64,000 nt of DNA from Eledone cirrhosa (Eukaryota): positions 323,578,001 through 323,642,000 of the forward strand of contig OZ024741.1 in assembly GCA_964016885.1 (NCBI GenBank), in the 5' to 3' direction. This document shows positions 1-13,927 of the stretch, in pieces. The number at the start of each line of letters is the position of its first letter. Within the stretch, counting starts at the first letter, position 1. The translations under genes were made by a program, and so were the position numbers. Under the pieces are notes generated by a model that was given only the letters and a program-made list of their open reading frames with translations, made no database searches and was not told the origin of the DNA.

Positions 1-968
1 TGGTTGTGTGGTTGGTGTTCTGGTGGTTATGTGGTTGGTATTGTGGTGGTTATGTGGTTGGTGTTGTGGTGGTTATGTGGTTGGTGTTGTGGTGGTTGTG
101 TGGTTGGTGTTGTGGTGGTTATGTGGTTGTTGTTGTGGGTGGTTGTGTGGTTGGTGTTGTGGTGGTTATGTGGTTGGTGTTGTGAGTGGTTGTGTGGTTG
201 GTGTTACGTTGGTTGTGTGGTTGGTGTTGTATTGGTTGTGAGGTTGTGTGGTTGGTGTTGTGGGTGGTTATGTGGTTGGTGTTGTGGTGGTTATGTGCTT
301 GGTGTTGCGGGTGGTTGTGTGGTTGTTGTTGTGTTGGTTGTGTGGTTGGTGTTGTTGGTGGTTGTGTGGTTGGTGTTGTGGTGGTTGTGTGGTTGGTATT
401 GTGGGGGTTATGTGGTTGGTGTTGTGGAGGTTATGTAGTTGGTGTTGTGGTGGTTGTGTGGTTGGTGTTGTTGTGGTTATGTGGTTGGTGTTGTGTTGGC
501 TGTGTGGTTGGTGTTGTGTTGGTTGTGTGGTTGGTGTTGTGGTGGTTATGTGGTTGGTGTTGTGGGTGGTTGTGTGGTTGGTATTGTGGTGGTCATGTGG
601 TTGGTGTTGTGGGTGGTTGTGTTGTTGGTGTTGTGTTGGTTGTGTGGTTGGTGTTGTGTTGGTTGTGTGGTTGGTGTTGTGGTGGTTATGTGGTTGGTGT
701 TGTGGGTGGTTGTGTGGTTGGTGTTATGTTGGTTGTGTGGTTGGTGTTGTAGGTGTTTGTGTGGTTAGTGTTGTGTTGGTTATGTGGTTGGTGTTGTGGT
801 GGTTATGTGGTTGGAGTTGTGGTGGTTATATGGTTTGTGTTGTTGTGGTTATGTGTTTGGTGTTGTGGTGGTTATGTGGTTGGTGTTGTGTTGGTTGTGT
901 GGTTGGTGTTGTGGTGGTTATGTGGTTCGTGTTGTGTTGGTTGTGTGGTTGGTGTTGTGTTAGTTGTG
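1..968. repeat. GT-rich degenerate minisatellite (~20-23 bp unit, TGGTTGGTGTTGTGGTGGTTATG-like)
   Basis: Directly visible tandem units; the overlapping V/W/C/G-rich ORFs are artefacts. Confidence 0.95.
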
Positions 969-1440
969 TATATATATATATGGATAGAGTGCAAATTATA
1001 GAAAAGTGGTAGAGACTTCGAAGTTTCAGCGTGATCACTTCATCTACTTGAAATGCAGCCGCACGCTCTAATGCAGTCGACTATAATAATAGTCGATCAC
1101 TATAAATAATGTATATTTTTATATTATTTCCAATTTCAAATCATCCTAATGCTTCTTAAGTCAACCTAGACACATATAAATAAAATATTTATATATAAAG
1201 AATAGAAGTAAGCGAGACTACGCAAATGTATATATATATCTATACATTGTTAGTATATAGACATGTAAACATACTAAGTATAGTTATTTCCCTGAAGTTT
1301 TGAAAAATGGAAACACTCATGTGTTTTGAAGACTATTGGACTTCCATCAGAAAGTATGATATCATCTAAACAACCACAAAGAAATACGTACTCAACGGGC
1401 TTACATAATCTGTCACATATAGTAGTATACTGGAATGGAA

Positions 1441-1583
1441 TCATCATCATCTTCTTCTTCTTCTTCTTCTTCTTCTTCTTCTTCTTCTTCTTCTTCTTCT
1501 TCTTCTTCTTCTTCTTCTTCTTCTTCTTCTTCTTCTTCTTCTTCTTCTTCTTCTTCTTCTTCTTCTTCTTCTTCTTCTTCTTC
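1441..1583 (-). repeat. (GAA)n tract, probably the 3' tail of the adjacent RTE LINE
   Basis: Pure (TTC)n on + strand lying directly 3' of the minus-strand RTE ORF end; RTE elements commonly end in short tandem-repeat tails. Confidence 0.85.
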
Positions 1584-1960
1584 GCCCACTTATTCCTGTG
1601 AGGGTCATGGGGGTAGAGTCCTCAAACACTCCTTCCAGCGGGTCCTGTCAGAAGCAACCATCTCCCACTGATTCTGATGGATCCTCAAGCAAGACCAATG
1701 AAGCTCATGGATGTTATCCAACCATCTTCCTCGGGGTCTAACCGTGGATCTCTTGCCGTATACTTTTGCCCGTAAAACCTGTCCAGCGACTTTTTTCTGA
1801 GACATTTTAACCACATTCCATAGTATCAGAGAAGTAACAGCTCTACCTGGAGTGACTCTCTCATCTCTGGACTACGCACTCTATCAAGGAACGTTACCCC
1901 CAAGGAACCTTCGGAGGAATCTCATTTCGGCCGCTTGTATTCGAGATCCTACTCTTTCGG
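1584..1960 (-). mobile_element. RTE-clade LINE, 3' fragment (post-RT region)
   Basis: Minus strand reads SRIQAAEMRFLRRFLGVT (~1895-1950) and VYGKRSTVRPRGRWLD...DRTRWK (ORF 1605-1814), typical of RTE C-termini. Confidence 0.8.
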
Positions 1961-2211
1961 AATGGAAGAATAATTTGCATATAATTAGCGTTCATGATAG
2001 GAGTTGATTAAGGTATATCTTAATTAACTAACAACATGAGTGCTAATAATATGCAAATTAGCTCGTCCATTTCATCGTAGTTGTTTAAAAGATGCACGTG
2101 CCTTCTGATAAAAGACCTGTCAAGCTTGAAAACCAGCTAAAACGTGTTTATCATTTTTTTAAATAACAGGAAAATACATATATTATATTAGGCTTGTTTA
2201 TATGTCTATAT

Positions 2212-2437
2212 AATTGTTTCTACTCTAGGCACAAGGCCAGCAATTCTTTTTAAGGGCAGGGGAAAGTCGATTAAAACGACCCCAGTGCATTACTGGTGCT
2301 TTATTTTATCGACCCCGTAAGGACGAAAGACAAAATTAACCTCGGCGGGATTCGAACTCAGACCGTAAAGGGCCGTAACTCTATGCTGTAAAGCATGGCG
2401 TCCGATTCTCTACCAACACTGCCAATCTACCGCCCTT
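2212..2437 (-). mobile_element. tRNA-derived SINE, family A. Other full or partial copies: ~9838-9938(-), 18198-18390(-), 20580-20705(+), 22365-22615(-), 22770-22940(-), 38834-39020(-), 39036-39225(-), 42157-42270(-), 50636-50692(-), 52395-52570(+), 52590-52750(+)
   Basis: Repeated consensus TTGTTTCTACTTTTGGCACAAGG...TTTATCGACCCC...GTTAACCTCGGCGGGATTTGAACTC; B-box GAGTTCAAATCCC on the sense strand. Confidence 0.9.
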
Positions 2438-2648
2438 ATATAACAATTTATAAACACAGTTATAAAGTCTGATTCATTTCTATTCTGCATATATACAGAT
2501 ATAACTTTATCAGGTAATCGGTTGCTTGTACATAACATCATTTATAAATTTATATATAAACAATCTCTCCCTGCTATTTCAAGCGTTAAACTAATATATT
2601 TCTTCCATGTACTGTGCCGTTTGTTTTGTTACTTTTGTTATTTTATTA

Positions 2649-2693
<45 letters not shown>

Positions 2694-2882
2694 AGGAGAA
2701 AACGGCGAGTGGAATTTGTAAAAATTGAATTAGATTTTCTCTAACGTTGACTGAATGAAATAGTCTAATAATAATAATTGGGATTATAAACCAATTGAAC
2801 AGAAAAAAGATGGACACACACACGCGCACAAACACGCGCACAAACACGCACACACGCACACACACACGCACACACACACGCG

Positions 2883-2997
<115 letters not shown>

Positions 2998-3177
2998 AAA
3001 CGAATATGACATGGTTTAGGAGTTAATCCAGTGTTTTATGATGGATTTAGAGGTAAAAAAATACAAACACTAATAAATCTATCAATATGTTAACTAATCC
3101 ATAGCAACTATGTAATTCTATACTGTTAGCCTCGAAAAGTAAACTGACAAATAACGCAGGAAAACAATACATATAAG

Positions 3178-5477
3178 ATGAGTAAAATTTATCCTACGAG
3201 GTTACCCTTTAATAAAAGGCTTTGTATACCACAACAAATAGATGACGAAACAGAGGCACAGTTCACCATAGCTAGAAATGAGATTAGACAAATATTAGAC
3301 CGATATACTAAGAGACAAAGCAGACCAGAGGTCCAACAACTTGGAAGGAAACCTGTAGAAGGCTTAGTTAGCCTCAAGTATCACACAAGGAATGGTGAGG
3401 TAGTGTGTCTACCCACAGATTAGTCTGGTAGGATGTCGATAGATAGCATGCCGAACTACATCAAGGCTATGCAACCCCACATCACCAACACGAACGAAAT
3501 TACACAACAAACACACGAGGGGAGAGAGAAGATCCTAAATGCTCACATGATGATGTGGACTGACATCCTAAAGCCAAGCAGACGCACTGCCAACAACTTC
3601 CAGGCGTCTAACAATGACATACCATCCTTGTATGGGCTCCGCAAAGACCATAAGACAGTTGACGACCTGACAACGGGACCAACAACAAGACCTGTATACT
3701 CAGCCAATATCGCTAGCAACTACAGGATCTCCTACTTCCTCTCAATGGTTATACGCCCCATAATCAAGATGTCCCCAGATGTATGTAACAGTACAGAGGA
3801 CCTCCTCAGCAGAATCAATGAGTGCAACAAAAACAAAAACCTATCTAACTGCATAATAGGCAGTATGGACGTGGTATCATTATACCCATCCATTAACATT
3901 GATTTTGCTGTTGAAAAATGTGTTGAGATGATCAGTGAGGGTGAGGTGGAGTTCTGCGACGTCGACACAGATTAACTGGGCCTCCTACTTAGACTTACCT
4001 ATGACACCGAGTACCTAGACAGCCATGACCTTAGCCGATTCTGCCCAGTAGACCCATAAGAGGTAGACCCCACACAATAACCTCAATGACAAAAAAGACT
4101 CCCATGGGAAGGTGGATTAGGTGGACCAAAGCTATACGGATCCCCCAAAACAAGGATCAGGTAAGAAAAACGGCCACGCATGCAATAGGGGCTAGCATTA
4201 AAACTACCCTAAAGGGCCATATATTCAAATTCAACGAAAAGATCTACACCCAAAATGAGGGAGCACCCATTGGCGTCAGCATAGCTGGTGACGTTGCCAT
4301 CCTTTTTATGGTATGGTGGGAAAGGAGACTCAAAGATTTCCTTGATGAGAGCTCCATAGACCTCATCATGTAATCTCGTTACGTAGACGATATTAATATA
4401 GTAATAAGGACACCCCCACAAGAGAGTACTAACAAATATGATTTAGAATGTAGCACAATGGAAAGCATCCAGCAGATAGCTAATTCCATACACCAGAGTA
4501 TAACTGTAACTATCGACTACCCTTCCAAACACCCTAACAATAGACTACTTGTATTAGACACGGAACTCTGAATTAACACTATAGACGAGAGGTTCCAAAT
4601 TCTCCACTCACACTATGCTAGACCCATGGCCTCCAAATACCTGATACTAAAAAACTCAGCAATGTCCAGTAGTGCTAAGTTTAATATTCTGATCGCAGAC
4701 TTTGTACGAGTGATGAAGAACGTGTCCCGCATGTGCGACCCAACAGAAATGGAAAGACACACCCAACACTTCATCAACCGCATGCAGTTCTCTGGCTACA
4801 ACCAAAGAGACAGAATCAGAGTATACGAAGGAGCCACGGAGAAGTATAAGACCCTCTTAGAACTGGACACGAAAGGAATTTGCCCATTATACAGGAGAAA
4901 ATCAGGGAATAGCCTAGATAGGACTAAACATAAGATAGGGAAAGCTACCTCATGGTACGACAACCAGAGATACCAGAGTGTCATGTTCGTGGACGCTACC
5001 TCTGGAGGGAAATTAGCTAACCAGTGTAGAAAGGCCCTGAGAAAGACCCACTTAAAGATTAAAGTGGTAGAAAAGCCAGGAACTACCATAAAATCCCTGA
5101 TCAGCAAAAAATACCCTTTTAAGAAAACCCACTGGAAATGTGTTATATGTAAAGTAAACCTCCAGATAACCTGTAAAACTAGAAATGTAGTCTATAGCAT
5201 AAGATGTACAGAGGCTACTTGCGGAAACATGGCAACAACATACATAGGCGAGACAGCTCGAAGCATAGGAGAAAGGATAGACCAACACTGGGGGGAATTA
5301 AAAGGACGAAAAAACGGTTCAGTACTATACGAACACGCCAGACAACAACATGACGGTAACATAGACAACATAGAAATTAAAATAATATCTAAACATAGAA
5401 ATGACCCAGCAGGTAGGCAAATCAGAGAGGCCAGCGAAACAGAGCTTAGAAGGCCAAAGCTAAACAGAAAAAAATGA
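3178..5477 (+). pseudogene. Penelope-like element ORF (RT plus GIY-YIG endonuclease), disabled
   Basis: GSMDVVSLYPSI (RT motif A), YTQNEGAPIG (motif B), SRYVDDI at 4374-4394 (motif C), Cys linker CVIC...C, and VVYSIRC...YIGETARSIGERIDQH (GIY-YIG). Stops at 3421, 3973, 4371 and ~4569, and a frameshift near 4055. Confidence 0.93.
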
Positions 5478-6032
5478 ATGTAATAACAACACCCAAACAA
5501 ACAATACTGACTTAAGAGAAATATAAATAAATATATACACAAGCACAATAACAACAAACACATATAAACACACACTAATAAGCTAAGATAGAATACAATA
5601 ACCAAAACACAGTCACCCAAACGCAAACACACATTAAACACTATACACACACGCAAACGCATGCGCAGAGAAGAAGACAAAAATAAATAAATAAATAAAC
5701 AGATAAAATAAAGATGGCGTAGACATACAATACAACAGGAGGAACATAATAGTACCACTGATGATGTTGCAGATGTGCAACGAAAGAACTTTGTTAGATT
5801 ATATATATATGTGTTTATGTCTGTATTTTTGAGCGTTGGTCAGTCAATGATAAACATTGAGGACCAAATGAATTAACTGTGGAGATATAAAAGATACAGA
5901 AGTGAAAACCAACCAATCGGTGAATGTATTCTGTTATTATTTCTGGCAATATTATTACAACAATATGACCCTCCCCAAGTATAACAATATTTGTTTCGAC
6001 ACACGATTTCATATCAAAAACCTCGCAAAACA
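5478..6032 (+). mobile_element. 3' UTR / pseudo-LTR of the PLE, ending in (TA)n
   Basis: Homologous sequence recurs at 31697-32110 (-) and 32175-32385 (+). Contains CTGATGA-T-GTTGCA-GATG-TGCAAC-GAAA at 5758-5785. Confidence 0.8.
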
Positions 6033-6098
6033 AATATATATATATATATACATATACAATATATTAATAAATGAAAACTATATTTATAAAACCATATT

Positions 6099-6164
6099 TA
6101 TTTTATTATATATTTTTCAAGAGCAGCCAAGGCAAATTATGGTGCGCTTTCATCAGATAAAATA
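6099..6164 (-). ncRNA. Type I minimal hammerhead motif (TATATA-helix-III family; relatives at 13546-13611(-), 21923-21989(-), 35979-36039(+), 52254-52331(+))
   Basis: Stem I TATTTTAT/ATAAAATA, CTGATGA, stem II, GAAA, AT palindrome, TA cleavage site. Confidence 0.8.
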
Positions 6165-7007
6165 CAGATTTGTTTTATAAATAAATATTGACATACCCGG
6201 AAAAAAGACAACCTTAACGGTTGGAGCTTCCTGGATAGTGGAGATAATATTTTATTGAGGGTAATACAAAGTTATGAGTGAGATAACTTTGTCTTTTCTC
6301 TTTTTCTCTCTCTGTCAATCAATACACACACACACATATATATTTATGTGTGCACGTGTGTGTCTGTGTGCGCATGTATTTCTCTTATCAATGTTATTCT
6401 ATATTCTGCAGTACAATTGCTATAAAGAAGTGATAGTTGCTTAATGTTGACCACCCGCTTTGTTTGGGGATCGAAAATAAAATGAAATAATCAAAATAGA
6501 AATATCTACTTCTGCTTATCTTATCTTACTTTCAACCGAGGCCAAACACACTAAGATTTGGCAGTAAAACATATTAATATTCCTCTATCTCTGGCTTCCT
6601 CTTCAGAAAATACTTCTGCTATTTCTGTTCTATTTCTGTCAATAATATTTGGTATTTATTCGCGCTAGAGTTTCCTCTGATCCACGTATGATGCACACTC
6701 ATCTTCGGATATTTTTAGGGCAGGAAGACAGCAGAACGATGCAATGATCCTGGTGAGACAGCAATTTGCTACGTAATTGGTCTGGCGCCAAATAGTCGAC
6801 AGATATATTTTGGAATCAGTGTTGTGTGTATGGAGCTTCATTGCCAAATGTAATTGATTTTTATTATTATTTCTCCAAGGGCAAAGGATGTTGTATTTTT
6901 GGGGAAATCAATTAAGGTTAAGTTGTGGAGTAGGAATATTGATTATTGATTTACTAGCTAAAAAAATAAAAACAGGAAAAGAAAAGGAAACTAAAAGGAA
7001 GCGATCG

Positions 7008-7190
7008 TCAGATTGGACCAAAGCAACAAAGTTCACATTGGTCTTTCCATTGCTGGTATTATTTGCCTATCGTCGGATGGGAACAAGGAAACAATGCCCA
7101 CATGGGTCTTTCCATTGCTAATACTTTCCGCCGACCATCAGATTGGACCAAAGAAAAACTGTTCACATTGGTCTTTCCATTACTGGCAGT
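7008..7190 (+). repeat. Three degenerate ~65 bp tandem units (GGACCAAAG...CACATTGGTCTTTCCATTGCT); related copy at ~13945-14005
   Basis: Visible repetition. Confidence 0.6.
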
Positions 7191-7537
7191 AAGTATCAGT
7201 TAAAATTCCAGGCAGAAAAGGCTAGAAAACCGATCGTCAAACATATGGTACCAAATTTGATTTCACTCATAAAGTTTGTGTCGGCACAAAGCGAGAATAG
7301 CAGACAATTGTCCAAGGTACTGCGCAGGGTGATCAAACCTGGAACTTACATACAAAGCAAACTTCCTAAACAGTAGATCAGAGATATTTGAGTGAATGGA
7401 TAAATTATATTCTCTTATAATTTTAACGCTATTTCCACAGCCGCGGGTCATTAATTCTTGTTGGAGTCGTAGAGGAGCCGTACATACACACATTTTAATA
7501 TAACGGTATACATTAATCTCCAGGGGAGAACACAGCC

Positions 7538-7571
<34 letters not shown>

Positions 7572-7581
7572 GAGAGTGAGA

Positions 7582-7648
<67 letters not shown>

Positions 7649-7761
7649 GAGGAGATATAGTACAAGAATCGCAAAGTATTCTGTACGACATTCTAATGAT
7701 CTGCAAATTCGCTTTCACTGCCTTACTAAATAATTCGATACGCTAAAGAACCATCTACTGT

Positions 7762-7847
<86 letters not shown>

Positions 7848-8094
7848 CTGTGGATGTTCATCTGAAATGATACTTACCAAATTCATATATGTGTGTGTGT
7901 GTGTAGGTGTCTGTGTGAGGAGACTCATATGAAGTGAGACTACACAATAAATGTCCTTCTCTCTCTTACTCTCTCTCTCTGTCTGTCTGGTGTGGAGATC
8001 CATATGAAATGATACTTATCAAATTCATCTCTCTCTCTCTCACTCGCTCTCTCTCTCTCTCTCTCTGTAGAGGTTTATATGAAATGATACTTAC

Positions 8095-8232
8095 CAAATT
8101 CACTATCGGAACCATCTTCTAGATTTGAATCCTCCGAATCTTCCGTGCTGTGTTCGGTTTCTGATTTTCTGTCTGTGTCTGCATCTTTCTGACACAGCCG
8201 TTGATAGCCTCGACCTGTTGAACGGCTGTTAT
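8095..8232 (-). CDS. Putative internal exon of an unidentified host gene (acidic, Ser-rich: DNSRSTGRGYQRLCQKDADTDRKSETEHSTEDSEDSNLEDGSDSEF)
   Basis: Acceptor TATTCCAG| and donor |GTAAGT; 138 nt, phase 1-1, open frame, single copy in this window. Confidence 0.6.
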
Positions 8233-8411
8233 CTGGAATATTAGAGAACCATACATATGATATATTCAGGCATAGAGAGACATATGTGATTATTTCATAT
8301 GAATGAAACAGATATAACTCTGAAGAAGTCATTTCTATTTAAAATATTTATTTATTTCATCCCCCACATATATATGGGTGTGTGTGTGTACAATTGTCTC
8401 TCTCTCTTCAC

Positions 8412-8913
<502 letters not shown>

Positions 8914-8974
8914 ATAAGGGTTATATATGTATATATGTATGTATAACAGGTACTGTTATATTATATATATATAT

Positions 8975-9412
8975 AATATAAGATCAAAAGATGGTTAAAA
9001 GAGTTCCAAGTATTTTATTATGCGCATTTCAAAAACAAATATCATCATGGGATGATATCTGCGTTCTCATCAGATAAAATAGGGATACATGATATGAAGC
9101 TTAAAAAACACTTGTAAATAGTGAAGTTTTAAATCAACATATGTTGATTTAAAACTTCACTTGATATGTTGATTTAAAACTTCACTATTCACAAGTGTTT
9201 TTTAAGCTTCATATCATGTTTTATCTGATGAGAACGCAGATATCATCCCATGATGATATTTGTTTTTGAAATGCGCATAATAAAATACTTGGAACTCTTT
9301 TAACCATCTTTTGATCTTATATTATTTAGACTCCAGTCCTGCAAACTGTAGAGTGCTACTTATCCGATATTTGCATTGCTTTATTGCGCTACAATAAAAC
9401 TCACCTCCTACA
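8975..9412. repeat. Fold-back cassette with HHRs at 9011-9081(-) and 9219-9285(+)
   Basis: Inverted arms ~8975-9150 and ~9166-9322. HHR: TTTTAT CTGATGA [long stem II] GAAA TGCGCA TA ATAAAA. Confidence 0.88.
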
Positions 9413-9413
9413 T

Positions 9414-9448
<35 letters not shown>

Positions 9449-9479
9449 ATATAACAGGTACTGAGAAAAAGGACTTCAA

Positions 9480-10310
9480 CATGACATGCAATTAAATTGA
9501 TTTCAAAGAAATGCTACTGCGTAACATACAACCACTTGAGATTGTATAAATAGGAAATTATCAACACTCAATTGATGTATGGCAGATGGGTTTGACGACA
9601 CACTAGCAATCTTCAAGCTTTTAATAAATTCGGTACCCAAATTGGCAAAAGTATATTGGGATGTCTAAGATCTACATCCAAGATAGCGAATTTTCATGAA
9701 GAAGGGTTAATCCCAACTCACTTGTTGATAGAAGAGTCCGGGAAACGCAAATTTCTAAGTGCTCAGTTTAAATGCAAAAGGAAACGGCATGATACTTGGC
9801 TTCCTCAATGGGTGGAACAATTAAAATCATTTAAAATAATTGTTTCTACTTTTGGCACAAGGTCAGCAAATACCCAGTACATTACTGGTACTTTATTTTA
9901 TCGACCCCGTAAGGATGAAAGGCAAAGTTAACCTCGGCTGATTAAAAACACAAAAGAAGAAGAAAACAGCTGGCTCTGCTATATAGACAGGGGACATTAA
10001 AACAAGGGAGTTGGTTGTGGAGCTACTTGGTCTTTCAAAAATAATTATAAAGATATGAACTTCAGATTACATCGGTATTACACTATATTTGATGCAGAAT
10101 TGTGGGGATTCAGCTAAGGAATTACCTTGGAAAAATGGTTTTCTATTTACTGATAGTCTATCGAACCTAGAACTGGTTCAGTCAAGAAAAAAGGGGTCGA
10201 GTTAGAGATATTGAGAACTCTCTGCTAAAAATAGATAACTACCTCGCATAAAATAATAAAGGCATAACAGTGATTTGGATACCAGATCATACAGATATCG
10301 GGAAACGAAC
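9480..10310 (+). mobile_element. Highly decayed I-group (I/Nimb/Ingi-like) LINE relic with RNase H remnants, interrupted by a SINE at 9838-9938
   Basis: Remnant peptides GCLRSTS...E.GLIP, TIFDAEL, FLFTDSLS and VIWIPDHTDI followed by a shifted GNE resemble LINE RNase H motifs. Confidence 0.6.
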
Positions 10311-10988
10311 TCACAACCAAACGATCGTAAGCCGAATACTGTAACCACAAAACCATACGTCTTCACAAACACTCACCCCCCACACTCACGCATCCATATA
10401 TGTATGGTATGTATGTATATATATATATATATATATACATAAACGGAAAAAATGAAACGAAATTTCATTTCTCACTCTTAGTACGGCTGTTACTATGCCG
10501 TTAATATGCATAAGGAAAGTATATACTTTCAGACGTTCAACCATCTGGCAGGAAGGTATACGTTGCTGACGCTAGCTAATAAGCTTGAAACTAGTACAGC
10601 GTTCCTACAATGTTGAACAAATGAGCAACGATGGTTGCTAGACACTGTACGGCTTAATTCGGGATGTTTGTTTACAAACACACCGAGCATTATAATAAAT
10701 ATTCGGTGAATCCATACGTACATATATATATATGTGTGCATGTATGTATATATATATACATACTACTGTACGTCTGTATACATATATGTATGTACGTATA
10801 CATACTTATATTTAAGTAACAACTGTACTAAGAGTGAGAAATGAAATTTCGTTTCATTTTTTCCGTTTATCGTTTTCGGTACCCCGGCCGATTAACTCAC
10901 TCGATATGCAAATTAGGCTGCTCAGCCGTTAATATGCATAAGGAAAGTATATACTTTCAGACGTTCAACCATCTGGCAGGAAGGTATA

Positions 10989-11029
10989 CGTTGCTGACGA
11001 TAGCTAATAAGCTTGAAACTAGTACAGCG
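10989..11029 (+). ncRNA. Type I minimal hammerhead, family F1 (also 10561-10601+, 11528-11568-, 13107-13147-, 19334-19374-, 19747-19787+, and 26765-26798- with a deletion)
   Basis: CGTTG CTGACGA TAGCT-AATA-AGCTT GAAA CTAG TA CAGCG. Confidence 0.9.
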
Positions 11030-11648
11030 TTCCTTTGTCAGTGTTGAACAAATGAACAACGATGGTTGCTAGACACTGTACGGCTTAATTCCGGATGTTT
11101 GTTTACAAACACACCGAGCATTATAATAAATGTTCGGTGAATCCATACGTACATATATATATGTGTGCATGTATGTATATATATATACATACTACTGTAC
11201 GTCTGTATACATATATGTATGTACGTATACATACTTATATATATATATACATATATATGTTGAAAAGAATGAAACGAAATTTCATTTCTCATTCTTAGTA
11301 CGGCAGTTACTTAAATGTAATAATGTATGTATACGTACATACATATTTGTATACAGACGTACAGTAGTATGTATATATATACATACATGCACACATATAT
11401 GCACGTATCGGTTTACCGAACATTTATTATAATGCTCGGTGTGTTTGTAAACAAACAAACATCCCGAATTACGCCGTACAGTGTTTAGGCAACCACGTCA
11501 CCTTTTTGTTCAACACTGACACAGGAATGATGTACTAGTTTCAAGCTTATTAGCTATCGTCAGCATTGTATACCTTCCTGCCAGATGGTTGAACGTCTGA
11601 AAGTATATACTTTCCTTATGCATATTAACGGCTGAGCAGCCTAATTTG

Positions 11649-11718
<70 letters not shown>

Positions 11719-11857
11719 CTATCTCTATCTATACATAGTTCTAGAACAAAACAAACAGAGGTACAAAAAGTTATATTAGTTTCATGCTTTATCTTGGAAA
11801 TGCATATATATTGATATGCATATATAGATATATAGATAGAGATATATATATGTATAA

Positions 11858-11950
<93 letters not shown>

Positions 11951-12040
11951 TATATATATATATCTATCTATATATGCATATCTATATATATAGATATTTC
12001 CAATATGAGTAAAAGAGTGTATGTAGATGCACATATATAA

Positions 12041-12131
<91 letters not shown>

Positions 12132-12154
12132 TCCACATATGTATGTATGGTATG

Positions 12155-12202
<48 letters not shown>

Positions 12203-12203
12203 T

Positions 12204-12812
12204 GTCAGGTCACCAGTTGGTGCTACTGGTAACATGTATCCCAGTACAACCTGTCTCATGGTCGGGTCGTTGGCGACTAAACTGGCAACCCCACCAAGGT
12301 TTCTTGGTGAGGAGGGTGACTTTTGACATCCTGCAGGACTAAAAACAAAACCTGTCAAAGGGCAAAGGAGCTCTTAAAAATCAATGGTCATCCAAAATCA
12401 CCGGGAGAGATGACCCCTTAGCCTTTGTCAAGGCAGAATTCTAGGAGAAGGAAAACTCTGATAAAACACCTGCAAAACTGATGATATCCAATGATGTTGA
12501 CTTGTTCTTCTTTTTGGTAAATATCATCTTGCTTAAGAGAGTGGGACTGGCTTTGTGCAGTGCCTTTGCTCACTATAAAAGCTTCACGGCACAGGCATTG
12601 CTTTGTATCTGGAGATCTCTCTGCGCTTGTCGTCACATGGTACCATGGGCCCAGCACTATGTGTCAGTCGTTGTCACAAGTGTATTGTTTGTACCAGAGT
12701 TTTCAAGTCGCTGGCTGGACTAAAAAGTCACACTCGTTCAGTGCATCGGTAGGGGTTCTCCTACATGGATATAAAGTAGTGGCCGTACTCGAAAACGAGT
12801 TGGCAGCCACCA
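12204..12812 (+). mobile_element. Non-coding interspersed element resembling an RTE-LINE 5' region derivative; relatives at 55490-55895(-), 59915-60540(+), ~63730-63920(+)
   Basis: Shared CTAGGAGAAGGAAAACTCTG motif and GGCAGCCA 3' end; inserted in microsatellites. The RTE link is an inference. Confidence 0.65.
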
Positions 12813-13245
12813 TATATATATATATATATATATATATGTTGAAAAGAATGAAACGAAATTTCCTTTCTCACTCTTAGTACGGCAGTTACTTAAATGTAAT
12901 AATGTATGTATACGTACATACATATTTGTATACAGACGTATAGTAGTATGTATATATGTACATACATGCACACATATATGCACGTATCGGTTTACCGAAC
13001 ATTTATTATAAAGCTCGGTGTGTTTGTAAACAAACAAACAGCCCGAATTACCCCGTACAGTGTTTAGGCAACCACGTCACCTTTTTGTTCAACACTGACA
13101 CAGGAATGATGTACTAGTTTCAAGCTTATTAGCTATCGTCAGCATCGTATACCTTCCTACCAGATGGTTCAACATCTGAAAGTATATACTTTCCTTATGC
13201 ATATTAACGGCTGAGAAGCCTAATTTGCATATCGATATATATATT

Positions 13246-13331
<86 letters not shown>

Positions 13332-13348
13332 TATATATGTATATATAT

Positions 13349-13419
<71 letters not shown>

Positions 13420-13690
13420 AAGTTTTATTTAAATTGTTGGGTTACAACGAGTAAATATTTATAACGGATATAAAAGCACTCAACAAGTATTTGGAGTATA
13501 TTTACGATATTAAATAAATGGAAACTATATTTATAAAACCATATTTATTTCATTATATATATTTCAGGGATATCATATTAAAAATATGGTATGCCTTCAT
13601 CAGACAAAATACAATATAAACAGTCTTATAAATAGATAGATTTGACATACCTTACAACTTCAACTTCCATTTAAAAAGTTGATTTGGTAG

Positions 13691-13723
<33 letters not shown>

Positions 13724-13895
13724 CTATCTCTATATAGAAATAGTTCTAGGAGACAACAAACAGAGGTACAAAAAGTTATATTAGTTTCATGCTTTATCTT
13801 GGAAATGCATATATAGATATATAGATAGACATATATATGTATAAATATAAATACATATATATATATATATATGTGTGTGTGTGCATGTGTGAGTG

Positions 13896-13927
<32 letters not shown>

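Noticed and set aside
1-1012. Long V/W/C/G-rich ORFs and telomere-like GT repeat
   Set aside because: The ORFs come from a stop-poor minisatellite, and there is no TTAGGG-type array.
6665-6850. Short ORF or possible exon
   Set aside because: No recognisable motif; the splice signals are weak and not frame-symmetric.
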